Source: Schaalia meyeri (GTDB taxonomy: Bacteria; Actinomycetota; Actinomycetes; Actinomycetales; Actinomycetaceae). Taken from it: DNA of 32,000 nt. Location: the NCBI RefSeq assembly GCF_900105015.1, contig NZ_FNLK01000005.1:60001-92000 (forward strand). Direction: 5' to 3'. Shown here piece after piece: positions 1 through 11,584 of the stretch. Below the pieces are notes generated by a model. It was given only the letters and a program-made list of their open reading frames with translations. It was not told the DNA's origin and searched no databases. How positions within the stretch are numbered: the first letter of the stretch is position 1; every line of letters starts with the position of its first letter. The translations under genes were made by a program, and so were the position numbers.

Positions 1-998
1 GGGCCCTTGTCGTTGAGGCGGTGAGAACCCGTGAACTCCCCGTGGTCGGCGCAGAAGAACACGGCGGTGTCGTCCAGGACGCCCAGCTCGCGCGCCGCGT
101 CCATGATGCGACCGATCTCGAAATCAATCATGGCCACATAGCCCCAGTAGGCGGCGATTAGTTTCTTCCACTGCTGGTTCGTGAACGAGGACGTGGACCA
201 GTAGGTCGCGTAGTTGAGCTGGATGGGGGGCTTGCCGATCAGGGGGTCCCCGAAACTCTCCGGCAATTCGACGTCCGCCGGGTCGATCAGGTCGAACCAT
301 TCGTCGGGCAGGAAGTAGGGCAGGTGCGGGCCGAAAAAGTGCACATCGAGGCAGAACGGCTGGCGCGAGTCCTTCCAATCGGCCGCGTACTCGCACAGCT
401 TCTCGATGGCGCGGTCCGCGAGGAAGCGCTCGAACGTCGCCTCCTCGGGCTGGTCGAGGCGCGCGGCGATGACGTGTCCGTCGCGGCCGCCGGGTAGCTT
501 TCCGCGCCACAGGTCGTGGGCGCGCACGGGGGGAAGACCGCGCTCGTTCAGCCAAGCCACGTACTTTTCGTTGGCGACGGGGTTCTCTGCGCCCCAGTAG
601 GTGTCGTCGTCCGCGCCGAACTTGTCGGGCAGGTTGTATCCGCAGTGGTACTTTCCGACGATCCCGACGTTGTAACCGGCATCGCGCAGCTCCTGCGTGT
701 ACGTCCACGTGCCTTCCGGGATCGACACCTGGTAGGCGATGTTCCACTCGGGGTTCGCCAACACCTGGTGTTTGCCCGGGCGTTTCCCCGTGAGCAGCGA
801 GGCGCGGGCGGGAGTGCAGATCGCGGTGGGCGTGAAGCAGTGGGTGAAGGCGAATCCCGACTCGCCCATGGCGTCGATGGTCGGGGTATGTGCGTGCGGG
901 TTCCCGAGGCAGCCGATCGTATCCGTGCGATGTTGATCGGTCATGATGACCAGGAAGTTGCGAACGGTGTCGGGAATATCCCGTGATGCGTGGGCCAT
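1..998 (-). CDS. Sulfatase family protein (formylglycine type), N-terminal ~332 aa; C-terminus runs off the left edge of the window
   Basis: Absent from the ORF track because it is open at the window edge. My reverse-strand translation from ATG 998..996 reads MAHASRDIPDTVRNFLVIMTDQHRTDTIGCLGNPHAHTPTIDAMGESGFAFTHCFTPTAICTPARASLLTGKRPG... and carries the C-x-P-x-R sulfatase signature (CTPARASLLTG). The frame stays open to position 1 and ends ...FFCADHGEFTGSHRLNDKG. GGGAGGAG lies about 9 nt upstream of the ATG. The listed ORF 124..1059 (-) is the wrong frame. Confidence 0.85.
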   Translation of the reverse strand, partial: MAHASRDIPDTVRNFLVIMTDQHRTDTIGCLGNPHAHTPTIDAMGESGFAFTHCFTPTAICTPARASLLTGKRPGKHQVLANPEWNIAYQVSIPEGTWTYTQELRDAGYNVGIVGKYHCGYNLPDKFGADDDTYWGAENPVANEKYVAWLNERGLPPVRAHDLWRGKLPGGRDGHVIAARLDQPEEATFERFLADRAIEKLCEYAADWKDSRQPFCLDVHFFGPHLPYFLPDEWFDLIDPADVELPESFGDPLIGKPPIQLNYATYWSTSSFTNQQWKKLIAAYWGYVAMIDFEIGRIMDAARELGVLDDTAVFFCADHGEFTGSHRLNDKG

Positions 999-1138
999 CG
1001 GTGGCTGCTCCTCCCAGGGTCTGCGGCCGAGGGCAGCCGCTCGTACTCTTTCCCTTCACCGTACGCGCCTCGTTTTGTGTCCGTGGTGCCGGACATAAAG
1101 AGAGGGTGTGATCTGTGCTACTGGTTTGGGTGGGGGTG

Positions 1139-2002
1139 TCACTTCGTCTGGACGACGAACTCCGGGTGAGGCGCGCTCGTCACCTCAACGGAATCCGCCT
1201 CGATGACCAGTGCCTTCGTCCCGCGCGCCCGAAGCGTTCCGCTCACTCGCACCCAGCTGTCCGCCTCAGGGGCGGTTCCGTCCCATCGCACAGCGAAACC
1301 AATTGCGTACGCGTCTGCGGCACAACACCAGATCGCCATGCGCGCCACCGCGAAGCTCTCTCGCTGCGTAATACGCGGAATCGATGCCTGCCCGCGCGCC
1401 GACTCGGTGCTCATCACGAAGCCGACGAGTTCGATATGTTGACCGTCGTGCGCCCGACCGTGAGAGGAAAGCTCCTCGACCTGCGCGAAGAAGTTGTCCG
1501 TCGTGAGCTCCAACGTTCCCGCCGACGAAGCCCCATCCCCGCTCCCGCCGCGATGGGGGTGAGGATCGGCGGAATCTGCGCTCCCATCCGCGTCGCTCCC
1601 AGAGTCGGTGGGGGGCTGGTCGGTGGAAGGGTCGGTGTCCGAAGCCGACTGCGCCTCGGTGTCGGCCGCGCGCGCGCCGAGAGGCGACGAGGCCAGCTCC
1701 GAAGGAGACACGTGGAAGGGGAGGAACAGGAGGACACTCGCCAAGAAAGCGACGAGCGCGCGCGCGAGGGCGCGCCGAGAGGAGCGCGAACCAGCGTGCT
1801 CTAAGTCGCCGGAGCCGACCGTGGAGGAGAGGGCCAACGAACACGCGAGCAGCAGCACCCCCGAGGCGACGATTCCGGGGCGCGTCGACGGTGGAACGAA
1901 GGACGCGTATTTGCCCGATAGGGACAGCCATAGAAGAGTCGCCCCCAGGCATGCCAGGGCCAGCGATTCGGCGGCGGAGGCAACGCGATCGATCAACTTC
2001 AC
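1139..2002 (-). CDS. TIGR03943 family protein (putative two-component membrane permease complex subunit)
   Basis: This is the C-terminal part of listed ORF 1139..2440. N-terminal TM segments (SLALACLGATLLWLSLSGKY, GIVASGVLLLACSLAL), a D/S/H-rich linker, and a C-terminal domain with FAVARMAIWCCAADAYAIGF typical of the family. GTG at 2002 overlaps the upstream permease stop (GTGA, 1999-2002), so I place the start there rather than at 2440. Confidence 0.75.
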   Translation of the reverse strand: MKLIDRVASAAESLALACLGATLLWLSLSGKYASFVPPSTRPGIVASGVLLLACSLALSSTVGSGDLEHAGSRSSRRALARALVAFLASVLLFLPFHVSPSELASSPLGARAADTEAQSASDTDPSTDQPPTDSGSDADGSADSADPHPHRGGSGDGASSAGTLELTTDNFFAQVEELSSHGRAHDGQHIELVGFVMSTESARGQASIPRITQRESFAVARMAIWCCAADAYAIGFAVRWDGTAPEADSWVRVSGTLRARGTKALVIEADSVEVTSAPHPEFVVQTK

Positions 2003-3009
2003 GGCAACAGCCCCGCCCACCACGAGCCGCCCACGACGAGCGCCGCAACAATCGTGACCGTCATAAACAATCGGGCAACAAAGGAAATGCGGAACTGCGA
2101 CGCCAACAGCGCAACATTCTTCACGTCCATCATCGGCCCGAACACCATGAAGCCCATGAGAGCACCCGAGGGAGCCAACGATGCCAGCGACCGCGCGATC
2201 ACCGCGTCGGATGAAGAACACAGGGACAGGGCGAAGCCCGCCGCCATCATGAGCGCCAACGCGGCCGCCCCGGGCAGACCCGACAGCAGCGACGATACCG
2301 GCCACAGCACCTGCGCGAGGGTCGACGCCGCGACTCCGCCCAGCAAAAACGGCACGATCCGCCCGAATGAGCGCCCCGTTGACGCCAACACGCCAACCGC
2401 CGACCGGTCGGGCAACTCGCATCCGTCGGCGCAGCAGCACCCGTCGGTCCCCTCATCGCCCCCGGAGTCGCGCAGCGCCCACGGGGGAACAATCAGCATC
2501 GACAGGCCAACGAGGAGGGCGACGAGGGCGCTGAGGCCGACGCGAACGCCAACGAGGCCCCACGATCCGAAGGCGTACCAGGTGGAGGCGATGACCAGGG
2601 GATTGATCGCGGGGGAGGCGAGCATGAGCGTGGTCGCCGCAGATAGGGGGACTCCCTTGCGCAGGAGCGACCGGAAGATGGGCACCGCGGAGCAGTCGCA
2701 CACGGGCAGCAGGAACGCGAACAAGAGTGCTGTGAGGATTGACACTCCCGGGTGGGTGGGGAAAATGCGGGCGATCAGGGCGGGAGAGGCATAGACCTCG
2801 ATAACCTCGGCAACCAGGACGCCCAGCAGCAAGAACGGGACGGCCTGGAGCGTCATCCCCACAGCGATCGTCGCCGCGCGCCCAACCGGCAAACCGGCAC
2901 CGGAGAGGGGCCCCTGCAACGCCCACACGGCGATCAAGGCGGCCAGTGCGCACGCGCCCACCACCGCGCCCCAAGGGCGCGCGGGGTGCGGGGAAGCTGC
3001 GTGAGTCAC
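1999..3009 (-). CDS. Permease, UPF0718/COG0701-like multi-pass membrane protein
   Basis: This is the C-terminal 336 codons of listed ORF 1999..3981. The sequence [31 protein letters not shown]...[41 protein letters not shown]... is characteristic of this family. The upstream part of the 660-aa ORF is antisense to ileS and its leader, so it is not coding. Start is taken as GTG 3009; in-frame GTGs at 2964 and 2961 are alternatives and no strong SD is seen. Confidence 0.7.
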   Translation of the reverse strand: MTHAASPHPARPWGAVVGACALAALIAVWALQGPLSGAGLPVGRAATIAVGMTLQAVPFLLLGVLVAEVIEVYASPALIARIFPTHPGVSILTALLFAFLLPVCDCSAVPIFRSLLRKGVPLSAATTLMLASPAINPLVIASTWYAFGSWGLVGVRVGLSALVALLVGLSMLIVPPWALRDSGGDEGTDGCCCADGCELPDRSAVGVLASTGRSFGRIVPFLLGGVAASTLAQVLWPVSSLLSGLPGAAALALMMAAGFALSLCSSSDAVIARSLASLAPSGALMGFMVFGPMMDVKNVALLASQFRISFVARLFMTVTIVAALVVGGSWWAGLLP

Positions 3010-3134
3010 CCAGCCACTGTAGGACAAGGTGCCAGCTTCGCATCGGTTACACGCCGGGAGGAACTGTGTGCGGAGGAACGACCTCGCGGCGGGCGGGGAG
3101 GCGCACGCTTCGCTACACTGGGCTATCGCTACGA

Positions 3135-3354
3135 TCCGGCCCGCACGCGGGGCATCACCGGGGAGCATCCGGAAGAACGAGGAACGCGAGAGTCGGCCAC
3201 GGCCTCGTCCCCTCCAGTAGAACCGGACGGGAGGGCCCGACACAGCCCCAAGGAAGCGGCCGCGCCCCAGCCAGGGAGCGGCAAGCGGGGTGGTACCGCG
3301 GGTTCCGGCGACGCCGGTCCTCGTCCCTGTTATAGGAGCGAGACGAGGACACTC
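3135..3354 (+). promoter_or_regulatory. T-box leader (Ile) controlling ileS, apparently by Shine-Dalgarno sequestration
   Basis: GGGGTGGTACCGCG at 3287-3300 matches the conserved T-box sequence, including the UGGUACC bulge. A 9-bp hairpin GTCCTCGTC (3317-3325) / GACGAGGAC (3342-3350) buries GAGGA 5 nt before ATG 3355. Its 5' arm can instead pair back to 3287-3302 as an anti-sequestrator. A candidate short Stem I lies at 3135-3173, with AUC-A at 3154-3157 in an internal loop. The 5' boundary is uncertain. Confidence 0.8.
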
Positions 3355-6630
<3,276 letters not shown>

Positions 6631-6641
6631 TTGCTGCCGAG

Positions 6642-6675
6642 GCGGGCGGGCTGCGCGGTTGCGCGGCCCGCCCGC
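6642..6675 (+). terminator. GC-rich hairpin downstream of ileS (15-bp stem, GGTT loop), no clear U-tract
   Basis: GCGGGCGGGCTGCGC (6642-6656), GGTT, GCGCGGCCCGCCCGC (6661-6675) pair over 15 positions with one G-T wobble. The hairpin starts 12 nt after the ileS stop. Confidence 0.5.
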
Positions 6676-6865
6676 TTGCGTGCGCCGCGACCGGGGTAAT
6701 TTTTTCCGGCCTGAGCCGCCGTGATCACAACCCGTAGATATTGATCAACCGCCCCTGAAAGGCAGATAGGCTCGCGCAAAGAATGACACCGTGACGGGCC
6801 GTACAGGCCGCGTTAACATCCGCTGCCGGTAAACTACTGGGGACACTGCGGACCCCGGAGGAAAC

Positions 6866-8533
6866 ATGGCAGGCGAATCGTTCTTTGGGCAAGAGCCCAC
6901 CCACCAGGAGAAGGAGGGCGGCATTCCCGCCGACCTCATCCCGTACCTGGAGGCGGCCGACGAGGCCGAGGAACCCGACCCGGAGGCCAACGTCCAGGAT
7001 CCGGCGGATGCAGCGGAAGGGCGGCGCGAGGCCGCCCTGCGCGCCCTCGTCGAACACTCCCTGCTCCTAGGTCCCGATCCCTCCATCCTCGCCGAGATCG
7101 AGAGCGACGTGGACGAGGACGACGCCGCACAGGATCGACAAGAACGCGAGACGCACGAAGCGGCGCTCACGCGCGCCCAGGACGACGTGGCCCTCGATGG
7201 TCGCGTGCAGGAAATCTACCAATCGATCGTGGAGCGCGCCCCCGAGCACGACATCGACCCGACGCTTGAGCGCGTCAGGCTTGCCCTCGACATCCTGGGG
7301 GACCCGCAAAACGCCTACCCGTCGATCCACGTCACGGGCACGAACGGCAAGACCTCGACCTCGCGCATGATCGACTCCTTGCTCAGCGCCTTCGGCATGA
7401 AGACCGGCCGCTTCACGAGCCCCCACCTGATCGACGTGCGCGAGAGAATCTCCCTGGAAGGCCACCCCATCACACGTGAGGGTTTCGTGCGCGCCTGGGA
7501 GGACATAGCCCCCTACGTGGCCATGGTGGACGAGCGCAGCCGGGAGCAGGGCGGACCCCGCCTGTCATTCTTCGAGGTATTCACGGTCATGGCGTACGCG
7601 GCCTTCGCGGACTATCCGGTGGACGCTGCCGTCGTTGAGGTCGGCATGGGCGGACGATGGGACTCCACCAACGTCCTCGACGCCGACGTTTCCGTCATCA
7701 CCCCGATCGCCCTCGACCACACCAAGTGGCTCGGATCCACGCTTGCTGACATCGCCCGAGAAAAGGCCGGAATCATCAAGCCCGGTCAGGTCGTCATCAT
7801 CATGGGTCAGGAGGAGGAAGTGCTCGAAATCCTTCTGGAGCGGGCCCGCTCCGTGGACGCCATCGCGCGCGTCGAGGGCAGGGACTTCGAGGTGCTGGAC
7901 CGCCAGATGGGCGTTGGCGGCCAGATGGCGACCATCCGCACCCCCTCCGCGGTTTATGAGGACGTGTTCGTCCCGTTCTTCGGGCAGTACCAGGCCCACA
8001 ACGCGGCTGCCGCTCTCGTGGCAGCGGAGGCCTTCATGGGTGGACGCGGCCTGGAGGCGCGCATCGTCGAACAGGGCCTCATGAACGCAAGCAGCCCCGG
8101 ACGCATGCAGGTCGTCCGTCACTCGCCGACCATCATCGTCGACGCGGCGCACAACCCCGCGGGCGCGGCGACCCTGCGCGAGGCCGTGGAATCCTCCTTC
8201 GGATTCGCGCGGATCGCGGGCGTCTACTCCGCCATGGGGGACAAGGACATCGAAGGCGTCCTGGCCGAGGTTGAGCCCTTCCTGGACCACCTTGTCGTTA
8301 CGCAGATGCCGGGTAAACGCGCGGCAAACGTGACTCGCCTGGCCGAAATCGCCGGCGATGTCTTCGGGCCAGATCGCGTCGAGGTACGCGAGTCGCTGGC
8401 CAACGCGGTTGATCGCGCGGCCGAAATCGTCGAAGCCTCATCAGAGCCCCTGGATCGCAGCGGCGTCCTGGTATTCGGATCGGTCATGCTGGCCGGGGAA
8501 ATGCTGGCGCTGGCGGGTCAGTTCCCGCGCTAG
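6866..8533 (+). CDS. folC: Bifunctional folylpolyglutamate synthase / dihydrofolate synthase with an acidic N-terminal extension
   Basis: Listed ORF 6866..8533. GGAGGA lies 3 nt before the ATG. HVTGTNGKTSTSRMI is the Mur-ligase P-loop. DPTLERVRLALDILGDPQNAYPSIH and DAAHNPAGA are typical FolC segments. Confidence 0.9.
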   Translation: MAGESFFGQEPTHQEKEGGIPADLIPYLEAADEAEEPDPEANVQDPADAAEGRREAALRALVEHSLLLGPDPSILAEIESDVDEDDAAQDRQERETHEAALTRAQDDVALDGRVQEIYQSIVERAPEHDIDPTLERVRLALDILGDPQNAYPSIHVTGTNGKTSTSRMIDSLLSAFGMKTGRFTSPHLIDVRERISLEGHPITREGFVRAWEDIAPYVAMVDERSREQGGPRLSFFEVFTVMAYAAFADYPVDAAVVEVGMGGRWDSTNVLDADVSVITPIALDHTKWLGSTLADIAREKAGIIKPGQVVIIMGQEEEVLEILLERARSVDAIARVEGRDFEVLDRQMGVGGQMATIRTPSAVYEDVFVPFFGQYQAHNAAAALVAAEAFMGGRGLEARIVEQGLMNASSPGRMQVVRHSPTIIVDAAHNPAGAATLREAVESSFGFARIAGVYSAMGDKDIEGVLAEVEPFLDHLVVTQMPGKRAANVTRLAEIAGDVFGPDRVEVRESLANAVDRAAEIVEASSEPLDRSGVLVFGSVMLAGEMLALAGQFPR

Positions 8534-8545
8534 GATGGAATCGGG

Positions 8546-8590
8546 CCGTGGCAGCCAGATGGTGGTGGCCGCCACGGTTGTGATTTCGTG
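8546..8590 (+). terminator. Candidate intrinsic terminator after folC
   Basis: CCGTGGCAGCC (8546-8556) pairs with GGCCGCCACGG (8567-8577) with one mismatch around a 10-nt loop. It is followed by TTGTGATTTCGTG and starts 13 nt after the folC stop. Confidence 0.45.
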
Positions 8591-8652
8591 CGATTCAGTG
8601 GCACGATTGTTCACGCATACAAGAACAGATGAGCGCATTGCAAGGAGGCATC

Positions 8653-9645
8653 ATGAAGAAGCTCGTCAATGATGTGCACGCCGTCGTCCGTGAGACCCTG
8701 GAAGGTTTCGCCCGGGCACACCCGGACCTCGTCGACGTTCACTTCGAACCAGATTTTGTGACCCGACACGTTCCGAAGACTAACGGCAAGGTCGGCCTGG
8801 TGTCCGGCGGCGGTTCCGGACACGAACCCCTGCACACTGGTTTCGTGGGTCTGGGCATGTTGGACGCTGCGGTCCCCGGCGCGGTGTTCACCTCGCCCAC
8901 GCCGGACCCAATCCTGGAAGCCACGAAGGCCGCCGACCACGGCGCGGGCGTCCTGCACATCGTCAAGAACTACACCGGCGACGTCCTCAACTTCGAGACG
9001 GCCGCCGAACTGGCCGACATGGAGGACATCCGGGTGGCCACCGTGGTCGTCAACGATGACGTGGCCGTGGAGGACTCGCTGTACACCGCCGGACGTCGCG
9101 GCGTGGCCGGTACGATCTTTGTGGAAAAGATCGCGGGGGCCTCGGCCGAGCGCGGAGATTCCCTGGAGGAGGTCGCGCGCATCGCGGCCAAGGTCAACGA
9201 CCAGACCCGCTCGATGGGCCTGGCGCTGGGGCCGTGCACGGTTCCCCACGCGGGCAAGCCCTCCTTCGACCTGGGTGAGGACGAGATCGAGCTGGGCATC
9301 GGCATCCACGGCGAACCCGGGTATCGCCGCGGCGCGATGGAAAGCGCGGACGCCCTAATCGCGGAATTGTACGAGCGCGTACGCGACGACCTGGGCCTGT
9401 CCGACGGCGAGCGCGTGGTCGCCCTGGTCAACGGCATGGGAGGCACGCCCGTCAGCGAGCTGTATATCTGCTTCCGCGCGCTGGCCGCCCTGCTGGCGAA
9501 GGACGGCATCAAGATTGCCCGCCAGATGGTGGGCAACTACGTGACCAGCCTCGAAATGCCGGGCATGTCCGTGACCCTCATGCGCGTTGACGACGAGCTG
9601 CTGAAGCTCTTCGACGCACCGGCGGACACGGTGGCCTGGAAGTAA
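8653..9645 (+). CDS. dhaK: Dihydroxyacetone kinase, dihydroxyacetone-binding subunit DhaK
   Basis: Listed ORF 8629..9645. I prefer the in-frame ATG at 8653 (MKKLVNDV...) because AAGGAGG (8642-8648) sits 4 nt upstream. SGGGSGHEPLHTGFVG and IGIHGEPG motifs are present. Confidence 0.9.
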   Translation: MKKLVNDVHAVVRETLEGFARAHPDLVDVHFEPDFVTRHVPKTNGKVGLVSGGGSGHEPLHTGFVGLGMLDAAVPGAVFTSPTPDPILEATKAADHGAGVLHIVKNYTGDVLNFETAAELADMEDIRVATVVVNDDVAVEDSLYTAGRRGVAGTIFVEKIAGASAERGDSLEEVARIAAKVNDQTRSMGLALGPCTVPHAGKPSFDLGEDEIELGIGIHGEPGYRRGAMESADALIAELYERVRDDLGLSDGERVVALVNGMGGTPVSELYICFRALAALLAKDGIKIARQMVGNYVTSLEMPGMSVTLMRVDDELLKLFDAPADTVAWK

Positions 9646-9661
9646 GAGAAGAAGGGAAGGA

Positions 9662-10330
9662 ATGACGATGAGCGTTGATGCGGCGTGGGCGCGCCGGTGG
9701 ATCGAGTTGGCGGCTGCGGAAGTAGCCACCCAACGCGACTACCTGGTGGACCTGGATCGGGCCATCGGGGATGGCGACCACGGAGAGAACATGGATCGCG
9801 GGTTCAGCGCCGCCGTCGAGGCCCTGCGCCTTGCGGAGGCAGGCAGCGTGGCCGACGTGCTCAAGACGGTCGCCAAGGCCCTCATGTCCACGGTGGGCGG
9901 CGCCGCCGGACCCCTGTACGGAACGGCGTTCCTGCGCGCATCGAAGGCTGCGCTGTCGCTATCCAGCAGTGACGGTGCGCTGGACGGCGCAGGCGTGGCC
10001 GCAGTGATCGCGGGAGCCCTCGACGGAATCCAGGCGCGAGGCAAGGCGACCACGGGAGAGAAAACCATGGTGGACGCGTGGAGCCCCGCGCTTAACGCCG
10101 CTCGCGCAGCCGCGGAGGCGGACGGGGACGCCGCGGCGGTCCTCGAGGCCGCCGCCTGCGCCGCCGAGGCCGGGGCGCAGGCCACCGAGCCCCTGCGCGC
10201 CACGAAGGGACGCGCCTCCTACCTGGGCGAACGCTCGATCGGACACCTTGACCCGGGTGCCGTCTCCACGTCGCTCATCCTGCGCGCCGCTGCTGTAGCG
10301 GCCTCCCGGGGTGGCGAGGCACAGGCATGA
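9662..10330 (+). CDS. dhaL: Dihydroxyacetone kinase, ADP-binding subunit DhaL
   Basis: Listed ORF. The IGDGDHGENMDRGF motif is present and GGGAAGGA lies upstream. The stop overlaps the dhaM start (ATGA). Confidence 0.9.
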   Translation: MTMSVDAAWARRWIELAAAEVATQRDYLVDLDRAIGDGDHGENMDRGFSAAVEALRLAEAGSVADVLKTVAKALMSTVGGAAGPLYGTAFLRASKAALSLSSSDGALDGAGVAAVIAGALDGIQARGKATTGEKTMVDAWSPALNAARAAAEADGDAAAVLEAAACAAEAGAQATEPLRATKGRASYLGERSIGHLDPGAVSTSLILRAAAVAASRGGEAQA

Positions 10331-11097
10331 GCGTGCGCGTCGCCTTCGTCATCGTCTCCCACTCCTCCTCCCTCGCCTCCGGCGTGGCCGAGCTGGCCGC
10401 ACAGATGGCCCCCGACGTGCACTTCGAGGCCGCCGGGGGCACGGAGGACGGCAGGATCGGCACCTCTTACGACCGCGTCGAGGCAGCCGTGGAGGCCGCC
10501 CTCGCCTCGGTTGAGGGGAAGGGCAGCGGCGTCATCGTCCTGACCGACCTCGGCTCGGCCACCATGACCGTCGAATCGGTCATCGACATGAGTGATGAGT
10601 CGGAGCGCGTACGCTTCGTCGACACGGCCTTGGTGGAGGGCGCCGTCGCTTCCGCTGTGCGCGCCCAGCTCGGCGAAGACCTGAGCCGGGTGGCCGGCGT
10701 GGCCGCATCCCTTGCCCCGCGCGTCGATGCTGACGACGCGCGGGGGGTGCCCGGCCCAGCCACCGCGGACGTGGGCGGGACAACGGTAGGGGGGCAGGCC
10801 TCGTCGATGGGTGGCGCGGATCGGGCCGAGGCAGACGTGATCGTCGCGGATCCGGTGGGCCTGCACGCGCGCCCCGCCGCGGCCTTCGTGCGCCTGGCCG
10901 GCAGTTTCGACGCGGAGGTAACCGTTAATGGTGTGGACGGTGGTTCCGTGCTGGAACTGATGTCCCTGGGCGTCACCCAGGGACAGAGCATCCACATTGA
11001 GGCGATTGGGGTTAACGCCATAGAAGCTGTTGCGGCCCTGACGGATATGCTTGAGGGGACCGGCCATCAACCGTCAGACCCGAAGGAGACATCATGA
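10327..11097 (+). CDS. dhaM: Dihydroxyacetone kinase phosphotransfer subunit DhaM, EIIA(Man)-like domain fused to an HPr-like domain
   Basis: Listed ORF. The N-terminus VAFVIVSHSSSLASGVAEL is EIIA-Man-like with a phospho-His context. After a G/A/D-rich linker, the C-terminal part ADPVGLHARPAAAFV carries the HPr His-15 signature GLHARPA. Confidence 0.85.
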   Translation: MSVRVAFVIVSHSSSLASGVAELAAQMAPDVHFEAAGGTEDGRIGTSYDRVEAAVEAALASVEGKGSGVIVLTDLGSATMTVESVIDMSDESERVRFVDTALVEGAVASAVRAQLGEDLSRVAGVAASLAPRVDADDARGVPGPATADVGGTTVGGQASSMGGADRAEADVIVADPVGLHARPAAAFVRLAGSFDAEVTVNGVDGGSVLELMSLGVTQGQSIHIEAIGVNAIEAVAALTDMLEGTGHQPSDPKETS

Positions 11098-11564
11098 GCG
11101 CTAAGAGTGTCCTGCTGGAGCCACAGCACCTGCTCGACCCCACCCTGGAGCATACCCTCATCGTCGTCAAGCCCGATGGCTATGCGCGCGGCCTCACCGG
11201 TGAAATCCTGCGCCGCATCGAGGCCAAGGGCTACACGATGAAGGGCCTGAAACTCATGGTTGCCTCCCACGAGCTGCTGGCTGAGCACTACAGGGACCAC
11301 GAGGGCAAGCCCTTTTTTGCGGGCCTGCTGGATTTCATGAGCTCCGGTCCGGTCGTCGCGATCATCGTCGAGGGCCAACGCGTCGTCGAAGGCATGCGTG
11401 CGCTCATGGGAGCGACGGATCCGACCACGGCCGCGGCCGGAACGATCCGCGGCGATCTGGGGCGCGCGTGGAACACCCCCCACATGGAGAATCTGGTCCA
11501 CGGCTCGGACTCTGTGGATAGCGCAAAGCGCGAAATCGCCCTGTGGTTCCCTGAGATCTACTGA
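11094..11564 (+). CDS. ndk: Nucleoside-diphosphate kinase
   Basis: Listed ORF. TLIVVKPDG, GKPFFAGLLDFMSSGPVVA and NLVHGSDS (catalytic His) are present. The ATG overlaps the dhaM stop (ATGA at 11094-11097). There is an ~18-aa N-terminal extension compared with typical NDKs. Confidence 0.92.
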   Translation: MSAKSVLLEPQHLLDPTLEHTLIVVKPDGYARGLTGEILRRIEAKGYTMKGLKLMVASHELLAEHYRDHEGKPFFAGLLDFMSSGPVVAIIVEGQRVVEGMRALMGATDPTTAAAGTIRGDLGRAWNTPHMENLVHGSDSVDSAKREIALWFPEIY

Positions 11565-11584
11565 GGTTTCGGTAGCCTGCAAGG

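Noticed and set aside
124-1059. Listed 311-aa ORF on the minus strand, plus many other long ORFs in the track (for example 5587..6627 -, 12765..13847 +, 13824..14864 -, 17436..18917 -, 18924..20774 -, 21904..23163 -, 26857..28089 -).
   Set aside because: Their products are Arg/Pro/Gly/Ala-rich with no recognisable motifs. They lie off-frame or antisense to genes with clear family signatures. Long spurious ORFs are expected in DNA this GC-rich because stop codons are rare.
2752-3354. The 201-codon N-terminal extension of the ileS ORF, and the matching upstream part (3010-3981) of the 660-aa minus-strand ORF.
   Set aside because: The extension covers the T-box leader and has Arg/Gly-rich nonsense composition. 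IleRS homology starts at ATG 3355 behind an SD. The minus-strand ORF upstream of 3009 is antisense to ileS.
6680-6865. Possible riboswitch (ZTP/pfl-like or THF-like) in the 235-nt region upstream of folC, prompted by CGTGAC...CCGCTGCCGG.
   Set aside because: There are only short partial resemblances to what I recall of the ZTP consensus. I could not build the required pseudoknotted P1/P2 plus P3 architecture. Without a covariance-model search this is unsupported. Running cmsearch with Rfam RF01750 and RF01831 on 6631-6865 would settle it.
8578-8652. CRP/GlxR-like site (TGTGATTTCGTGCGAT), GATT repeats and TGTTC-N10-GAACA upstream of dhaK.
   Set aside because: The right half-site does not match TCACA, and the GTG/CAC spacing in the second candidate is wrong. 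The symmetry is short enough to be chance. It is kept only as the unspecified dha promoter region.
8358-8672. A 104-aa ORF overlapping the folC 3' end, considered as the missing DUF4233 gene normally found between folC and ndk.
   Set aside because: It has no membrane-protein character, it overlaps folC out of frame, and it runs across the terminator-like hairpin and the dhaK SD.
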